This document shows positions 16,144-27,432 of a stretch of 64,000 nucleotides of DNA, piece after piece (the stretch's first letter is position 1; every line of letters begins with the position of its first letter). The stretch lies in assembly GCF_018402695.1 (NCBI RefSeq), contig NZ_JAGYIM010000017.1:56074-120073 (forward strand), given 5' to 3'. This DNA is from Arsukibacterium sp. GTDB lineage: Bacteria > Pseudomonadota > Gammaproteobacteria > Enterobacterales > Alteromonadaceae. Under the pieces are notes generated by a model that saw only the letters and a program-made list of their open reading frames with translations, had not been told where the DNA came from and did not search any database. The position numbers and the translations under genes were made by a program.

Positions 16144-16170
16144 AAAACAAAGGCTGCCACAGCAGCCTTT
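16144..16170 (-). terminator. terminator after fabF
   Basis: GGCTGC-caca-GCAGCC hairpin with a T-run on the minus strand. Confidence 0.5.
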
Positions 16171-16188
16171 GTCAACGCTGAGTTGGAA

Positions 16189-17427
16189 TTACACCCGCTT
16201 AAACAGGATAGAACCGTTAGTACCACCAAAACCAAAGGAGTTACACAATGCGTACTCCAGCTTCGCCTGGCGGGCCGTGTGCGGCACATAGTCCAGATCA
16301 CAGCCGTCACTGGGGTTATCCAGGTTAATAGTTGGTGTCACCAACTGGTCCTGCAACGACAGTACAGTAATAATTGACTCGACCGAGCCCGCTGCACCTA
16401 ACAAATGGCCCATCATTGATTTGGACGAACTGACCATTAAATTAGCAGGCTTAGCCCCGAATAGTGATTTAATTGCCATAGTTTCTGCAATATCGCCAGC
16501 CGGGGTAGAAGTACCATGGGCATTAATATATTGCACCTGCTCCGGGTTTACCCCGGCATCATGCAAAGCATTTTTCATTGCCAGTGCCGCCCCTTTGCCA
16601 CTCTCTGGCGGCGAGGTCATATGATAAGCATCACCACTCATGCCAAAACCAACGAGCTCGGCATATATTTTGGCACCACGGGCTTTGGCGTGCTCGTACT
16701 CTTCCACGACCATTACCCCTGCACCATCACCCAATACAAAACCATCGCGGTCTTTATCCCACGGACGGCTGGCTTTTTCCGGCGCATCATTGCGGGTCGA
16801 TAATGCTCTGGCCGCACCAAAACCGCCCATACCCATCGGAGTTGAGGCTTTTTCAGCACCGCCGGCAATCATGGCATCAGCGTCGCCGTAGGCAATCATC
16901 CGCGCGGCCTGGCCAATGTTATGCACACCTGTGGTACAGGCGGTAACAATACTGATATTCGGGCCCTGCAAACCAAGATTGATAGAAAGGTGACCGGCAA
17001 TCATATTAATAATGGTTGAAGGTACAAAGAACGGAGATAAGCGCTTAGGACCGCTGTTCAGCAATTTAATATGGTTTTCTTCGATTAATCCCAGACCACC
17101 AATTCCCGAACCGATAGCTGCGCCAATGCGCGGGGCATTTTGTTCAGTAACTTCCAGGCCGGAATCACGAAAAGCCTGAATACCAGCGGCCACACCGTAC
17201 TGAATAAATAAGTCCATTTTCTTGGCATCTTTTGCCGGGAAAAAGGGCTCAACATCAAAATTCTTAACCAGACCAGCAAATTTTGTAGTGTAAGCACTGG
17301 TGTCGAAATGCTCGATAAATCCAATACCACTTTGGGCCTGCTGCATAGCCTGCCAGCTACTGGAAACGTCGTTGCCCAGCGGCGTTAACATTCCCAGACC
17401 GGTCACTACCACACGACGTTTTGCCAT
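16189..17427 (-). CDS. fabF: 3-oxoacyl-ACP synthase II
   Basis: 412-aa KAS II with full-length family features and fab cluster context. Confidence 0.95.
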   Translation of the reverse strand: MAKRRVVVTGLGMLTPLGNDVSSSWQAMQQAQSGIGFIEHFDTSAYTTKFAGLVKNFDVEPFFPAKDAKKMDLFIQYGVAAGIQAFRDSGLEVTEQNAPRIGAAIGSGIGGLGLIEENHIKLLNSGPKRLSPFFVPSTIINMIAGHLSINLGLQGPNISIVTACTTGVHNIGQAARMIAYGDADAMIAGGAEKASTPMGMGGFGAARALSTRNDAPEKASRPWDKDRDGFVLGDGAGVMVVEEYEHAKARGAKIYAELVGFGMSGDAYHMTSPPESGKGAALAMKNALHDAGVNPEQVQYINAHGTSTPAGDIAETMAIKSLFGAKPANLMVSSSKSMMGHLLGAAGSVESIITVLSLQDQLVTPTINLDNPSDGCDLDYVPHTARQAKLEYALCNSFGFGGTNGSILFKRV

Positions 17428-17467
17428 CGTGTCCTCCGTCTTAGCAAATTATATCTGTCGTGAAACG

Positions 17468-17494
17468 AAAACGGGTAGCTAAGCTACCCGTTTT
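17468..17494 (-). terminator. terminator/attenuator after acpP
   Basis: GGGTAGC-taa-GCTACCC hairpin flanked by A/T runs. Confidence 0.6.
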
Positions 17495-17507
17495 ACAAGC
17501 TTTGCGC

Positions 17508-17744
17508 TTACTCAGCGTGGGCTTTAATGTAGTCAATCGCTGACTGAACAGTAGTGATTTTCTCAGCTTCTTCGTCAGGGATTTCAGTATCGAATTCTTC
17601 TTCCAGCGCCATTACCAGCTCTACTGTATCCAGTGAGTCAGCACCCAGATCGTCAACAAAAGACGCTTCGTTTTTCACTTCGTCTTCTTTAACACCCAGC
17701 TGCTCGATGATAATTTTTTTAACGCGTTCTTCGATGTTGCTCAT
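17508..17744 (-). CDS. acpP: acyl carrier protein
   Basis: [29 protein letters not shown] is the canonical ACP sequence. Confidence 0.97.
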   Translation of the reverse strand: MSNIEERVKKIIIEQLGVKEDEVKNEASFVDDLGADSLDTVELVMALEEEFDTEIPDEEAEKITTVQSAIDYIKAHAE

Positions 17745-17871
17745 CTTTTCTTCCTTTTTCTCATATAAATCGCAACAATTCGTGCAATTTTGTGTGGCGC
17801 TAGTTTATGCGTAAGCTGCAACTGTTGCAAGCATGCTTACCAGCATTTTTTGCTGGTCAAACCTGCTTTGC

Positions 17872-18618
17872 TTACAGCATATACATCCCGCCGTTAACGT
17901 GAATTGTTTCACCGGTAATATAGGCTGCCGGTGCCGAGACTAAAAAAGCGACTGTCGCTGCAATTTCTTCTGGCTGGCCCAGCCGGTTAGCCGGAACCTG
18001 AGAAAATATTGCTTCTTTTTGCTCGTCAGACAGCTCTTTAGTCATATCTGTGTCAATAAATCCCGGCGCTACAGCGTTAACCGTAATACCGCGTGAGGCC
18101 ACTTCACGCGCCAAAGACTTAGTAAAACCCAGCACGCCAGCTTTGGCCGCTGCATAATTGGTCTGACCTGCATTACCCATTGAGCCAACCACAGAGCCGA
18201 TAGTGACAATGCGACCATAACGTTTTTTCATCATGCTACGCAAGACCGCTTTACTCAGCCGGAATACCGATGTCAGGTTAGTCTGAATAATGTCAAACCA
18301 CTCATCATCTTTCATCCGCATCAATAAATTGTCGCGGGTAATACCCGCATTATTAATCAAAATATCAATTTCGCCAAACTGGTTTTTAATTTCAGTTAAA
18401 CATTGTTCAATTGAATCGGCATCAGTTACGTTCAGTACCAGGCCCTGGCCCTTATCTGCCAGATAAGCTGAAATAGCCGCAGCGCCTTTCTCTGTTGTTG
18501 CGGTGCCGATAACTTTGGCACCCAATGCCGCCAATTGCTCAGCTATCGCGCGGCCAATACCACGACTGGCGCCGGTTACCAGGGCAACTTTGCCGTCTAA
18601 TGTGAGTAAGTTTGTCAT
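17872..18618 (-). CDS. fabG: 3-oxoacyl-ACP reductase
   Basis: SDR with TGASRGIG and YAAAK motifs, in fab cluster context. Confidence 0.95.
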   Translation of the reverse strand: MTNLLTLDGKVALVTGASRGIGRAIAEQLAALGAKVIGTATTEKGAAAISAYLADKGQGLVLNVTDADSIEQCLTEIKNQFGEIDILINNAGITRDNLLMRMKDDEWFDIIQTNLTSVFRLSKAVLRSMMKKRYGRIVTIGSVVGSMGNAGQTNYAAAKAGVLGFTKSLAREVASRGITVNAVAPGFIDTDMTKELSDEQKEAIFSQVPANRLGQPEEIAATVAFLVSAPAAYITGETIHVNGGMYML

Positions 18619-18620
18619 CG

Positions 18621-19562
18621 TTATTCCTGTGTTAGCTGGGTTAATGCAGACTGTAACGATGCCTGATCATTAACTGAACTGCTATTAAGATTTTTATCAA
18701 TGCGTTTTATCAGGCCACTGAGCACTTTGCCGGCGCCCAGCTCAATCACGTCAGTGACGCCATTGCTTGCCAGCCACTCAATGGTTTCAGTCCAGCGCAC
18801 CGGGCTGTATAACTGGCGGACCAGGGCATCTTTTATTGCCGCACTATCGATAGCAATACTGACATCAACGTTATTTACTACCGGTAATTGCGGTGAATTA
18901 AAGTTCAGCGCCGCTAAGTCGGTAGACAACTGCTCAGCGGCCGGGCGCATCAGCGCACAATGCGACGGTACACTGACCGGCAGTGGCAAAGCCCGCTTAG
19001 CCCCCGCTGCTTTACATAATTCCCCGGCCCGCTCGACTGCCGCCTTATGTCCGGCAATAACGACCTGACCGGGTGAGTTGTAATTTACCGGCGCCACGAC
19101 TTCGCCCTGCGCCGCTTCTGCACAGGCTTTGGCAATCAGCGCGTCGTCAAGACCAATGATTGCTGACATGCCCCCTACTCCGGCAGGCACCGCCTGCTGC
19201 ATATATTGACCACGTTGCTCAACCAGTTTTACCGCTGCGCCCAGACTCAGCACATCAGCACACACCAGCGCAGAATACTCTCCCAATGAGTGCCCTGCAA
19301 AATAAGCGGGGGTCGCACCGCCTTGTTGCTGCCATAAGCGCCAGATAGCCACAGAAGCCGTTAATAACGCCGGTTGAGTTCGCTGTGTTTCGTTTAAATC
19401 AGCTTCCGGGCCGTTAGCAACTAATGCCCATAAATCGTAACCCAGCGCGGCAGAGGCCTCAGCAAAGGTGGTTTTAACGATGTCGTGCTGATATAAGTCA
19501 CTTAGCATACCAACACTTTGTGAACCCTGTCCGGGAAAGACGATTGCAAGTTTTTGAGTCAT
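18621..19562 (-). CDS. fabD: malonyl-CoA:ACP transacylase
   Basis: FPGQGSQ and GHSLGEYSAL motifs. Confidence 0.95.
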   Translation of the reverse strand: MTQKLAIVFPGQGSQSVGMLSDLYQHDIVKTTFAEASAALGYDLWALVANGPEADLNETQRTQPALLTASVAIWRLWQQQGGATPAYFAGHSLGEYSALVCADVLSLGAAVKLVEQRGQYMQQAVPAGVGGMSAIIGLDDALIAKACAEAAQGEVVAPVNYNSPGQVVIAGHKAAVERAGELCKAAGAKRALPLPVSVPSHCALMRPAAEQLSTDLAALNFNSPQLPVVNNVDVSIAIDSAAIKDALVRQLYSPVRWTETIEWLASNGVTDVIELGAGKVLSGLIKRIDKNLNSSSVNDQASLQSALTQLTQE

Positions 19563-19623
19563 TTTTTGTCCTGCACTTTTAACTTATAGCTTTTAAAAAT
19601 AGCGTAAAATTAATGCTGTATTA

Positions 19624-20583
19624 TTAGTAACGTACCAGGGCTGAAGCCCAGGCAAAACCGCCACCAAAAGCTTCCAGTAGTAAGGTCTGGCCCCGTTTAA
19701 TCCGGCCATCCCGGATAGCTTCATCCAGCGCGGTGGGAACAGTTGCAGCAGAGGTATTGCCATAACGGTCAAGATTAATCACCACCTGGTCCATCGACAT
19801 ATCCAGTTTACGGGCTACCGCAGAAATAATGCGTAAATTAGCCTGATGCGGCACCAGCCAGTCAATTTCTGACTTATCCATATTATTGGCACTAAGGGTT
19901 TGCTCGACGACCTGGGATAGTTTAGTGACGGCCACTTTAAAGACGTCGTTACCTTTCATACTGCCCCAGGAATTGTGTACCGAGTTTTCATCACCGCGAA
20001 TTGGGTTATCGACGTACAATAATTCTGAGTATTTACCGTCAGCATGGATATGAGTAGATAAAATACCGGGCTGCTCTGACGCTTCCAGTAAAACGGCACC
20101 GGCGGCATCCCCGAATAAGATCACCATGGAACGGTCTTCCGGACTGACTAATTGCGACAGGCAATCTGAACCAATCACCAGAATACGTTTAGCGATACCG
20201 GTTTTAATATACTGATCTGCCACACTTAAGCCATAACAAAAACCGGCGCAGGCAGCGGCAATATCAAAGGCAGGGATGGCTGGAATGGCTAATTCGCGCT
20301 GAATTTCACACGCGGCGCTTGGCAGCGCGCGCGAGGCACTGGTGGTAGCACAGATAATCATATCGATGCTGTTCTTATCTATACCCGCTGCGTCAATAGC
20401 TTGCAGCGCCGCCTGAGCGCCCATAGTCGCAACAGATTCGTCAGCGCCGATAATCCGTCGCTCTTTAATGCCGGTTCGCTCTATAATCCATTCGTCGGTG
20501 GTTTCCACCATGGTTTCCAAGTCAGAGTTGGTGCGAACCTGAGACGGGAAGTAACTCCCGGTGCCAATAATGCGTGAGTACAT
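19624..20583 (-). CDS. fabH: 3-oxoacyl-ACP synthase III
   Basis: KAS III family, 319 aa, in fab cluster context. Confidence 0.95.
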   Translation of the reverse strand: MYSRIIGTGSYFPSQVRTNSDLETMVETTDEWIIERTGIKERRIIGADESVATMGAQAALQAIDAAGIDKNSIDMIICATTSASRALPSAACEIQRELAIPAIPAFDIAAACAGFCYGLSVADQYIKTGIAKRILVIGSDCLSQLVSPEDRSMVILFGDAAGAVLLEASEQPGILSTHIHADGKYSELLYVDNPIRGDENSVHNSWGSMKGNDVFKVAVTKLSQVVEQTLSANNMDKSEIDWLVPHQANLRIISAVARKLDMSMDQVVINLDRYGNTSAATVPTALDEAIRDGRIKRGQTLLLEAFGGGFAWASALVRY

Positions 20584-20589
20584 GCGAAC

Positions 20590-21630
20590 CTATGCTTTAT
20601 CTATTAATACGTGTTCCAGCCGATCTTTAATCTTGGCAGGCACCTGGCGTTCTACCTCGCGCACTGCTTGTCGGATGGCACTTAAAAATGCGTCTTTTGT
20701 CGCATTTCCGTGACTTTTCACTACAATTCCGCGCAATCCTATCAGACTTGCCCCGTTATAGTGGTCGGGGTTCACCCCCTGATAAAGACTTTTTATAAAA
20801 GGTTTCAGTAACCAGCCAAAAAACTGGGCACTGACTTTCTGGCGTAAACTGGTTTCAAACCGGCGTAATATCAGCTTGGCAACCCCTTCACAGGTTTTCA
20901 GTGCAACGTTGCCGACAAAACCATCGCACACAATCACATCAGCTTTCCCGGAAAAAATATCATCGCCTTCAATATAACCAATGTAATTAATGTCGTTACA
21001 GCTGGTCAGTAACTGCGAGGCACGCTTAATCTGATCCGAGCCTTTAATTTCCTCTTCGCCCATGTTCAGCAACGCAACTTTCGGGTAGCGAATGCCGACG
21101 ACTTCTTCAGCCATTACCGCACCCATAACTGCAAACTGGAACAAGGTGTCAGCATCACAATTAACGGTAGCGCCTAAATCCAGCATATACACCGGATTAC
21201 CTTTGCAACTGGGTAGCCCGCTGATCAGCGCCGGTCGTTCTACCCCGTTCAGCATTTTCAGCACATAATGGGCCATGGCAATTAAGGCGCCGGTATTGCC
21301 GGCACTGACACAGGCCTGAACCTGCTCCTGCTCAACCAGGTCCAGAGCCCGGCGCATAGATGACTCGCGTTTATTGCGCAGGGCAACAGAAGGCTTATCG
21401 GCCATACCAACATCATTATTGCTGGCAACCAGGCTGAGCTGCGGGTGTGGATAGCTATTATGAAAACGTAACTGCTGCTGCAACATGTCAATGTCGCCAC
21501 ACAACACAAGGTTTAATTGGGGGTATTCGCTAATCGCTGCCAGGGCGGCAGGAATAGTAGTAAGGGGGCCATGGTCGCCCCCCATCATATCTAAAGCAAG
21601 CTTAATCTTGATTGGCTGCACCAGGTGCAT
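20590..21630 (-). CDS. plsX: phosphate acyltransferase PlsX
   Basis: ..LALDMMGGDHGP.. N-terminal motif, in rpmF-plsX-fabH synteny. Confidence 0.9.
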   Translation of the reverse strand: MHLVQPIKIKLALDMMGGDHGPLTTIPAALAAISEYPQLNLVLCGDIDMLQQQLRFHNSYPHPQLSLVASNNDVGMADKPSVALRNKRESSMRRALDLVEQEQVQACVSAGNTGALIAMAHYVLKMLNGVERPALISGLPSCKGNPVYMLDLGATVNCDADTLFQFAVMGAVMAEEVVGIRYPKVALLNMGEEEIKGSDQIKRASQLLTSCNDINYIGYIEGDDIFSGKADVIVCDGFVGNVALKTCEGVAKLILRRFETSLRQKVSAQFFGWLLKPFIKSLYQGVNPDHYNGASLIGLRGIVVKSHGNATKDAFLSAIRQAVREVERQVPAKIKDRLEHVLIDKA

Positions 21631-21636
21631 CCGGGC

Positions 21637-21801
21637 TTACTTTACTTTACGGCCTTTATAGAAACCATCGGCAGTAATGTGGTGACGACGATGCGTTTCA
21701 CCAGTTGTTGAGTCAACTGACAGCGTAGGGCCAGTTAACGCATCGTGAGAACGGCGCATGTCACGACGTGCACGAGATTTTTTGTTTTGCTGAACAGCCA
21801 T
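21637..21801 (-). CDS. rpmF: 50S ribosomal protein L32 (54 aa; below the ORF-track cutoff)
   Basis: My translation of the minus strand is [61 protein letters not shown] lies upstream. Confidence 0.9.
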   Translation of the reverse strand: MAVQQNKKSRARRDMRRSHDALTGPTLSVDSTTGETHRRHHITADGFYKGRKVK

Positions 21802-21816
21802 TGTTTTTCTCCTAAA

Positions 21817-22344
21817 TCACTTTTTTTTCAGTTCTTGCAGTATGGCAAAGGGGTTTGGTTTTTCTGGTTCTGGCCCTATGTCTCCAAAGCTCATTGCCTC
21901 AGCACTGATATTACAGTCTGCTGCATCATGCATTGGAAACAGTGGTAATGCCAGAATAAGTTCATCCTCAACCAACTGCCGTAAATTTATTTCGCCATGC
22001 TCGTCGCGCACAATAACATCGTAACGCTCTGGTATTAATGCCAGCGCGGCGTCATCATCCCCTTTCACCGGGGTATAGACAAATTCACTGCCTAACGCCA
22101 GTTGCATGGGCTCGCCACAACGCTCACAGCGTACAGTAACCTCAGAAGCCGCCTCGCCGTTTAACACTGCAAGGCCTTGCTCATCTGTTCCGCACTCAAT
22201 TCGTACTGCTACTTCGCCTTGTTTTTCAACCAGACTCTCTGTTAACCGGGTTAGATTTTGCAGCGGCACTATGCCGTCGAAAATCGACCGCTTTTGAGCA
22301 GCTTTCACCGGGTCCAGCGTAACAGGTATTTTCACTTTTTGCAT
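21817..22344 (-). CDS. yceD: YceD (DUF177) 23S rRNA accumulation protein
   Basis: 175-aa acidic protein with a CxxC..C pattern, immediately upstream of rpmF. Confidence 0.85.
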   Translation of the reverse strand: MQKVKIPVTLDPVKAAQKRSIFDGIVPLQNLTRLTESLVEKQGEVAVRIECGTDEQGLAVLNGEAASEVTVRCERCGEPMQLALGSEFVYTPVKGDDDAALALIPERYDVIVRDEHGEINLRQLVEDELILALPLFPMHDAADCNISAEAMSFGDIGPEPEKPNPFAILQELKKK

Positions 22345-22493
22345 AAGGCGCGCATCATATAGAACCCACCCCCTGCTGTCAAAGGGTTCCCACAGTTTTT
22401 TCAGCTTTTTCTTGGCTGAAAAAAAACCATGCTTTGAGAAAACCCGGTTCAGTTGGCATAATAGCTTTTTCTCAGCCCTTCTCTGAGGTTTTA

Positions 22494-23099
22494 ATGTCTC
22501 AATCTCCTCTGCCTAAGCTGTATCTCGCATCCACCTCACCCTATCGCAAGCAATTACTGGCAAAATTAACCCCGCATTTTATTGCCGTCAAACCGCAAAC
22601 GGATGAAACACCATTGCCGGATGAAGATGCAACCGCGCTGGTACGCCGGCTGGCAAGGGCTAAAGCACTGGCTGTTGCGGCGACATTGGATGAAGGGCTG
22701 GTCATTGGCGCTGATCAGGTAGCCGTATTTAATGGTCAAATTATTGGTAAGCCACATAGCCGCGCAAATGCTGTTGCGCAGTTAAGTCAGTTTAGTGGTC
22801 ACAGTGTCACTTTTTTAACCGGCCTGGCCCTGCTGAACGCCGCAACCGGCAACTGCCAGCTAACCGTAGAACCTTTTACAGTCTGTTTCAGAAAACTGAC
22901 TGATGCAGAAATTATTGCCTATGTAGAGCGGGAGCAACCGCTGGATTGCGCCGGCAGCTTTAAAAGTGAAGGGCTTGGGATCAGCTTGTTCAGCGCTCTG
23001 CGTGGTGATGACCCAAACAGTCTGATTGGTCTGCCCCTGATAAGATTACTGCAGTTACTCCGTAATGAAGACGTTAATCTGTTAACCGCCGGCGGCTAG
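22494..23099 (+). CDS. maf: Maf-like nucleoside triphosphate pyrophosphatase (YceF-type)
   Basis: ..[14 protein letters not shown].. Maf family. Start at the internal ATG at 22494; the ORF maximum starts at 22434. Confidence 0.85.
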   Translation: MSQSPLPKLYLASTSPYRKQLLAKLTPHFIAVKPQTDETPLPDEDATALVRRLARAKALAVAATLDEGLVIGADQVAVFNGQIIGKPHSRANAVAQLSQFSGHSVTFLTGLALLNAATGNCQLTVEPFTVCFRKLTDAEIIAYVEREQPLDCAGSFKSEGLGISLFSALRGDDPNSLIGLPLIRLLQLLRNEDVNLLTAGG

Positions 23100-23740
23100 A
23101 TATGAGGCAGCAACGCCGGCAAATCATCAATGATGGCTTTTGGCTGAAACTGCCGTAAAACCTCGGCACCATGCACACCATGGGTCACCCCTACCCGCGG
23201 CATCGCAATCGCCTGCGCCATTTTCATATCATGGCTGGTATCACCGACCATAATCGCATTGGCAGGAGGCACCCCCAGTTGCTGGCTTATTTGTAACAGC
23301 ATATCCGGGTGCGGTTTTGACTGGGCTTCATCAGCACAGCGGCTGGTCACAAAATAGTGGCCAAGCCCGGTTTGGGCAAACATTCTGTCCAGGCCCTTTC
23401 TGGCTTTACCGGTCGCCACCGCCAGCAGAATATTTTGCTCAGCCAGGGTTTTCAGCACCTGCTCAGCGCCGTTAAATAATGGTGTAGGGGTAGTGTCGTA
23501 AATAGTGTAATGATCACGATAGTGCTCAAACAACTGGCTGCGCTGGGTCTGGTTAGTGTCCGGAAACAATACCGCAAAGGCCGGGTCAAGACTTAACCCG
23601 ATAATCTGCTTTACTGCGTGACTGCTTGGCACCACTAAACCGGTTAAGCCTGCTGCGGCCTGCATTGATGACACAATGCGGCCAATCGAGTCCATTACCG
23701 TGCCGTCCCAATCAAAAATAACTAATTTTACTTCTGTCAT
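23096..23740 (-). CDS. HAD-IA family hydrolase (phosphoglycolate phosphatase-like)
   Basis: Contains the VIFDWDGTV (DxDGT) motif and a ..VGDTSHD.. motif. Confidence 0.75.
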   Translation of the reverse strand: MTEVKLVIFDWDGTVMDSIGRIVSSMQAAAGLTGLVVPSSHAVKQIIGLSLDPAFAVLFPDTNQTQRSQLFEHYRDHYTIYDTTPTPLFNGAEQVLKTLAEQNILLAVATGKARKGLDRMFAQTGLGHYFVTSRCADEAQSKPHPDMLLQISQQLGVPPANAIMVGDTSHDMKMAQAIAMPRVGVTHGVHGAEVLRQFQPKAIIDDLPALLPHI

Positions 23741-23756
23741 ATAGCGCTTACCTAAA

Positions 23757-24710
23757 CTACTTTCGGGTTAATCTGGTCAGGGCGTTTTCCAGTTGAGAAT
23801 CAAGTGGCGCGTCAATTCGCATCGTAGTCAGGCTGTTCGGGTGGGTGAAACTCAGGCTTTTGGCATGCAAAAACAACCGGTTTAACCCCAGCTGGTTCAT
23901 TTGACCGCTGAAAGCGTTATCGCCATATTTATCATCACAGGCAATAGGATGACCTTTACAAGCAGTATGCACCCGGATTTGATGGGTACGACCTGTAACC
24001 GGAAATGCCTCAACTAAGGTGCCCTGCTGATAACGCTGCAGGATCCGAAAGCGGGTTTCCGACGGCTTACCATTTATTTCATCAACTTTTACTACCCGCT
24101 CACCTGATTGCAGGGTGTTTTTACGCAGCGGCTCAGTAACTTTACGCACTTTGTTATCCCAATCCCCACTGACCAGCGCCCAGTATTTCTTTTCAACCGT
24201 TTTATCCCGTAGTTGCGCATGCAAATGAGTCAGTACTGAGCGCTTCTTGGCAATTAATAAACAGCCTGAGGTATCCCGATCCAGCCGGTGCACCAGCTCC
24301 AGCAATTTAGCCTGGGGACGTAACGCCCGCATTGCTTCAATAACCCCAAACTGTAAGCCGCTACCGCCATGTACAGCCATACCAGAGGGTTTGTTCAGCA
24401 CAATAAGATCATTGTCTTCAAACAGGATATGGCTTTCCAGTTCGCTGACCAGGCTTAACTTAACTGACACTCTATCCGGCTCTGCCGCGACGGTTAACGG
24501 TGGCACCCTTACGATATCGGCCTGTTGCAGCTTATACTCAGGTTTGACCCGCTTTTTATTAACTCGCACCTCACCTTTTCGTAAAACCCGGTAAATAACA
24601 CTTTTTGGCACACCCCGCAGCCGGGCAAGTAAAAAATTGTCTATTCGCTGACCGATAAAATCATCTTCAATTTCAATCATTTGTATCGGTAATTTGATTT
24701 CATCCGCCAT
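23757..24710 (-). CDS. rluC: 23S rRNA pseudouridine synthase RluC
   Basis: S4 domain plus the RluA-family HRLDRDTSG motif. It is divergent from rne, as in enterics. Confidence 0.9.
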   Translation of the reverse strand: MADEIKLPIQMIEIEDDFIGQRIDNFLLARLRGVPKSVIYRVLRKGEVRVNKKRVKPEYKLQQADIVRVPPLTVAAEPDRVSVKLSLVSELESHILFEDNDLIVLNKPSGMAVHGGSGLQFGVIEAMRALRPQAKLLELVHRLDRDTSGCLLIAKKRSVLTHLHAQLRDKTVEKKYWALVSGDWDNKVRKVTEPLRKNTLQSGERVVKVDEINGKPSETRFRILQRYQQGTLVEAFPVTGRTHQIRVHTACKGHPIACDDKYGDNAFSGQMNQLGLNRLFLHAKSLSFTHPNSLTTMRIDAPLDSQLENALTRLTRK

Positions 24711-25194
24711 GTGCTTTAAATACTCTGCTAAAATTACTTTTAAGTTGCTATCCGATGCACATTAGTGGGATAATCATCCGGCTAATTATGCCAAAACGTG
24801 GCAATTAGGGCGCTCAAAGTGACATAAGAGAAATTGTGCGGCACCGTCAGGGGATGTGATCATACCGAATTCGTGGTGAAAACCAACGTTTTTTATAGCC
24901 CCGGCGTTTAAATAACGCCATTTGCCTGAGGTAATGTTGCGTAATCTGTTACCAACAACGGCAAAACACAGTTTCCGGTTACCTGAGCAACAAGAATAAT
25001 TTGCTATAACGCAACGCCGAACGGCGGTGTGTTTCAGATTCAAACGAAAACAGATAACTATACTGTAAATAGTGACAATTTGGTTCCCTCAGGTATCCCA
25101 GTCGGGAGATTGCATTATTTGATGCCTGATAACATCTGAACACCCAGGTGCCCAGTAAGGTTGCGTTGTGGCTGCATAACAGAGTCACCCAACA
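24711..25194 (+). promoter_or_regulatory. rluC-rne divergent promoter region and long rne 5' leader
   Basis: 484-nt non-coding spacer upstream of rne. Long structured rne leaders used for autoregulation are established in E. coli. The structure was not modelled here. Confidence 0.4.
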
Positions 25195-27432
25195 ATGAAA
25201 AGAATGTTAATAAACGCAACGCAGGAAGAAGAAATCCGCGTTGCTTTGGTCGATGGCCAAAAACTTTACGATCTGGATATAGAAAGCCCGGGTCATGAAC
25301 AGAAAAAAGCCAATATTTACAAAGGCAAAATCACCCGGGTCGAACCCAGTCTTGAAGCCGCTTTTGTTGACTACGGCGCTGACCGCCATGGTTTTTTACC
25401 GCTGAAAGAGATTTCCCGCGAATATTTCCCGAAAGGTTACAGCTTCGATGGCCGCCCCAATATTAAAGAGGTGGTTAAAGAAGGTCAGGAAGTGATTATT
25501 CAGATTGATAAAGAAGAACGCGGCCAGAAAGGCGCGGCGTTAACCACCTTTATCAGTTTAGCCGGCTCTTACCTGGTATTAATGCCGAACAACCCACGGG
25601 CGGGTGGCATTTCCCGCCGGATTGAGGGTGATGAACGTCAGGATCTGAAAGACTCTCTGGGCCAGTTAGATATGCCGGATGGTATGGGACTTATCGTTCG
25701 TACTGCTGGCGTAGGCAAATCTTATGAAGAGCTGGATTACGATTTAAAAGCCTTGCTCAAGCATTGGTCTGCTATCACCGAAGAGGCCGCAAAGCGCCCC
25801 TCCCCGTTCTTAATTCATCAGGAAAGTAATGTGGTATTTCGCGCCATCCGCGATTACCTGCGCCGCGATGTTGGCGAAATTCTGATTGATAATCCGAAAA
25901 TTTTTGAAGAAGCCAAAGTTTATATTCAGCAGTTCCGGCCTGATTTTGCCCACCGGGTAAAAATGTATGACGGTGAAGTACCGCTGTTTATGCATTACCA
26001 GATTGAAACCCAGATTGAAACGGCCTTTCGCCGTGAAGTGCGCTTACCGTCAGGTGGCTCTATTGTCATTGATGGCACTGAAGCACTGACCGCTATTGAT
26101 ATCAACTCGTCAAAGGCCACCAAAGGTGGTGATATTGAAGAAACGGCCTTTAATACCAATTTGGAAGCGGCGGATGAAATTGCCCGCCAGCTGCGTTTAC
26201 GCGATTTGGGCGGGTTAATTGTTATCGACTTTATTGATATGACGCCGGTACGGCATCAGCGTGAGGTGGAAAACCGCTTAAAAGATGCAGTAAAACACGA
26301 CCGTGCCCGGGTTCAAATTGGCCGCATCTCACGCTTTGGCTTGCTGGAAATGTCGCGGCAACGGCTGCGTCCTTCGCTGGGTGAGTCTGCCGGACATGTC
26401 TGTCCGCGCTGTCATGGTCGCGGTACTATTCGTGGAACCGAAAGCTCTGCTTTATCGATTCTGCGCTTAATTGAAGAAGAAGCCATTAAAGACAACACCA
26501 GCCAGATCCATGCGCAGGTGCCTATCTCGGTTGCCACCTATTTAATGAACGAAAAGCGCGAATCGGTGCGACGCATTGAAAAACGCAATGGTATCCAGAT
26601 TTTCATTATTCCTAATGAACACCTGGAAACCCCTAACTATGAAGTGTCACGGATCCGGATTGATGAAGAGCTGGATGACGTTAGCTACAACATGGTTAAA
26701 GCACCTGAGGTTATCAGTAAGCCTTATCAGCCCAGTGTTGAAGTGGTTAAAGAAAAACCAGCAGTATCGGCAATAAATATTGCTCAGTCGGCCCCGGCCC
26801 GCACAGCGCCGGCAGCGGCATCAGCAGCACCGGCAACTGCAGCTCAACCTGATTTATTCAGCAAACTGAGTAAATGGTTTAAAAGTTTGATTACCGGCAG
26901 TGAGCCGAAAACTGAGCACAGTAAAACACCAAGCCAGCAGCATACTGCCCGCAAAGAAGAGGCCAAGCCTGGCCGGGATGGCAACCGCACCGGCCGTGAT
27001 AGCAGCCGCGACAATAACCGCGATGGCAGCCGTGCAGATAGCAAGAACGACAATAATCGTCGGCGTAACAGTAAACGCCGTCGTCCGGATCAAGCCGACC
27101 GGGCGGTAGAAAAAGACGAGACCATCAGCAATGCCACAGCAGCGCCGGTAAAACAAGAACGTCCGCCACGTCCTGCTCAGGATCGCAATCGGCAGCAAGA
27201 CAGTCGCAAGCCACAGACCGAACGTGTTGCTGAAGCGGCAGAGCAAGCCGAAGAGCCGAAAGAGCGCAGTGTCGCCGCAGAACGCCGTCAGCGTCGCAAT
27301 ATGCGTAAATCGGTACGCCTGAATCAGGCTGCAGATAATGCAAACACTGATGCTGCTGCTACCCAGCCTGTGGCCGCCGAGCAGGTGCCGGCTCCTCGTT
27401 CCTACCGGCTTTCTCAGAAGCGAAGAAGGTGA
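25195..27432 (+). CDS. rne: ribonuclease E, open for only 745 codons (catalytic N-terminal half, membrane-targeting helix, Arg-rich segments), ending at tandem TGA TGA
   Basis: [14 protein letters not shown]1 domain..CPRCHGRG Zn-link. An amphipathic [16 protein letters not shown] helix is followed by R/D/N-rich and RRQRRNMRK segments. This is shorter than the ~1000+ aa typical of gammaproteobacterial RNase E. Confidence 0.85.
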   Translation: MKRMLINATQEEEIRVALVDGQKLYDLDIESPGHEQKKANIYKGKITRVEPSLEAAFVDYGADRHGFLPLKEISREYFPKGYSFDGRPNIKEVVKEGQEVIIQIDKEERGQKGAALTTFISLAGSYLVLMPNNPRAGGISRRIEGDERQDLKDSLGQLDMPDGMGLIVRTAGVGKSYEELDYDLKALLKHWSAITEEAAKRPSPFLIHQESNVVFRAIRDYLRRDVGEILIDNPKIFEEAKVYIQQFRPDFAHRVKMYDGEVPLFMHYQIETQIETAFRREVRLPSGGSIVIDGTEALTAIDINSSKATKGGDIEETAFNTNLEAADEIARQLRLRDLGGLIVIDFIDMTPVRHQREVENRLKDAVKHDRARVQIGRISRFGLLEMSRQRLRPSLGESAGHVCPRCHGRGTIRGTESSALSILRLIEEEAIKDNTSQIHAQVPISVATYLMNEKRESVRRIEKRNGIQIFIIPNEHLETPNYEVSRIRIDEELDDVSYNMVKAPEVISKPYQPSVEVVKEKPAVSAINIAQSAPARTAPAAASAAPATAAQPDLFSKLSKWFKSLITGSEPKTEHSKTPSQQHTARKEEAKPGRDGNRTGRDSSRDNNRDGSRADSKNDNNRRRNSKRRRPDQADRAVEKDETISNATAAPVKQERPPRPAQDRNRQQDSRKPQTERVAEAAEQAEEPKERSVAAERRQRRNMRKSVRLNQAADNANTDAAATQPVAAEQVPAPRSYRLSQKRRR

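Noticed and set aside
24786-25188. Two minus-strand ORFs (85 and 69 aa) in the rluC-rne spacer.
   Set aside because: The region corresponds to the long rne leader/promoter. The ORFs lack SDs, and in my judgement (an untested impression) their translations are not protein-like.
26930-27110. Repetitive-looking R/D/N/S-rich coding stretch in rne ([38 protein letters not shown]).
   Set aside because: It is in frame and consistent with the Arg-rich RNA-binding segments of the RNase E non-catalytic half. It is not a DNA tandem repeat or a CRISPR-like array.
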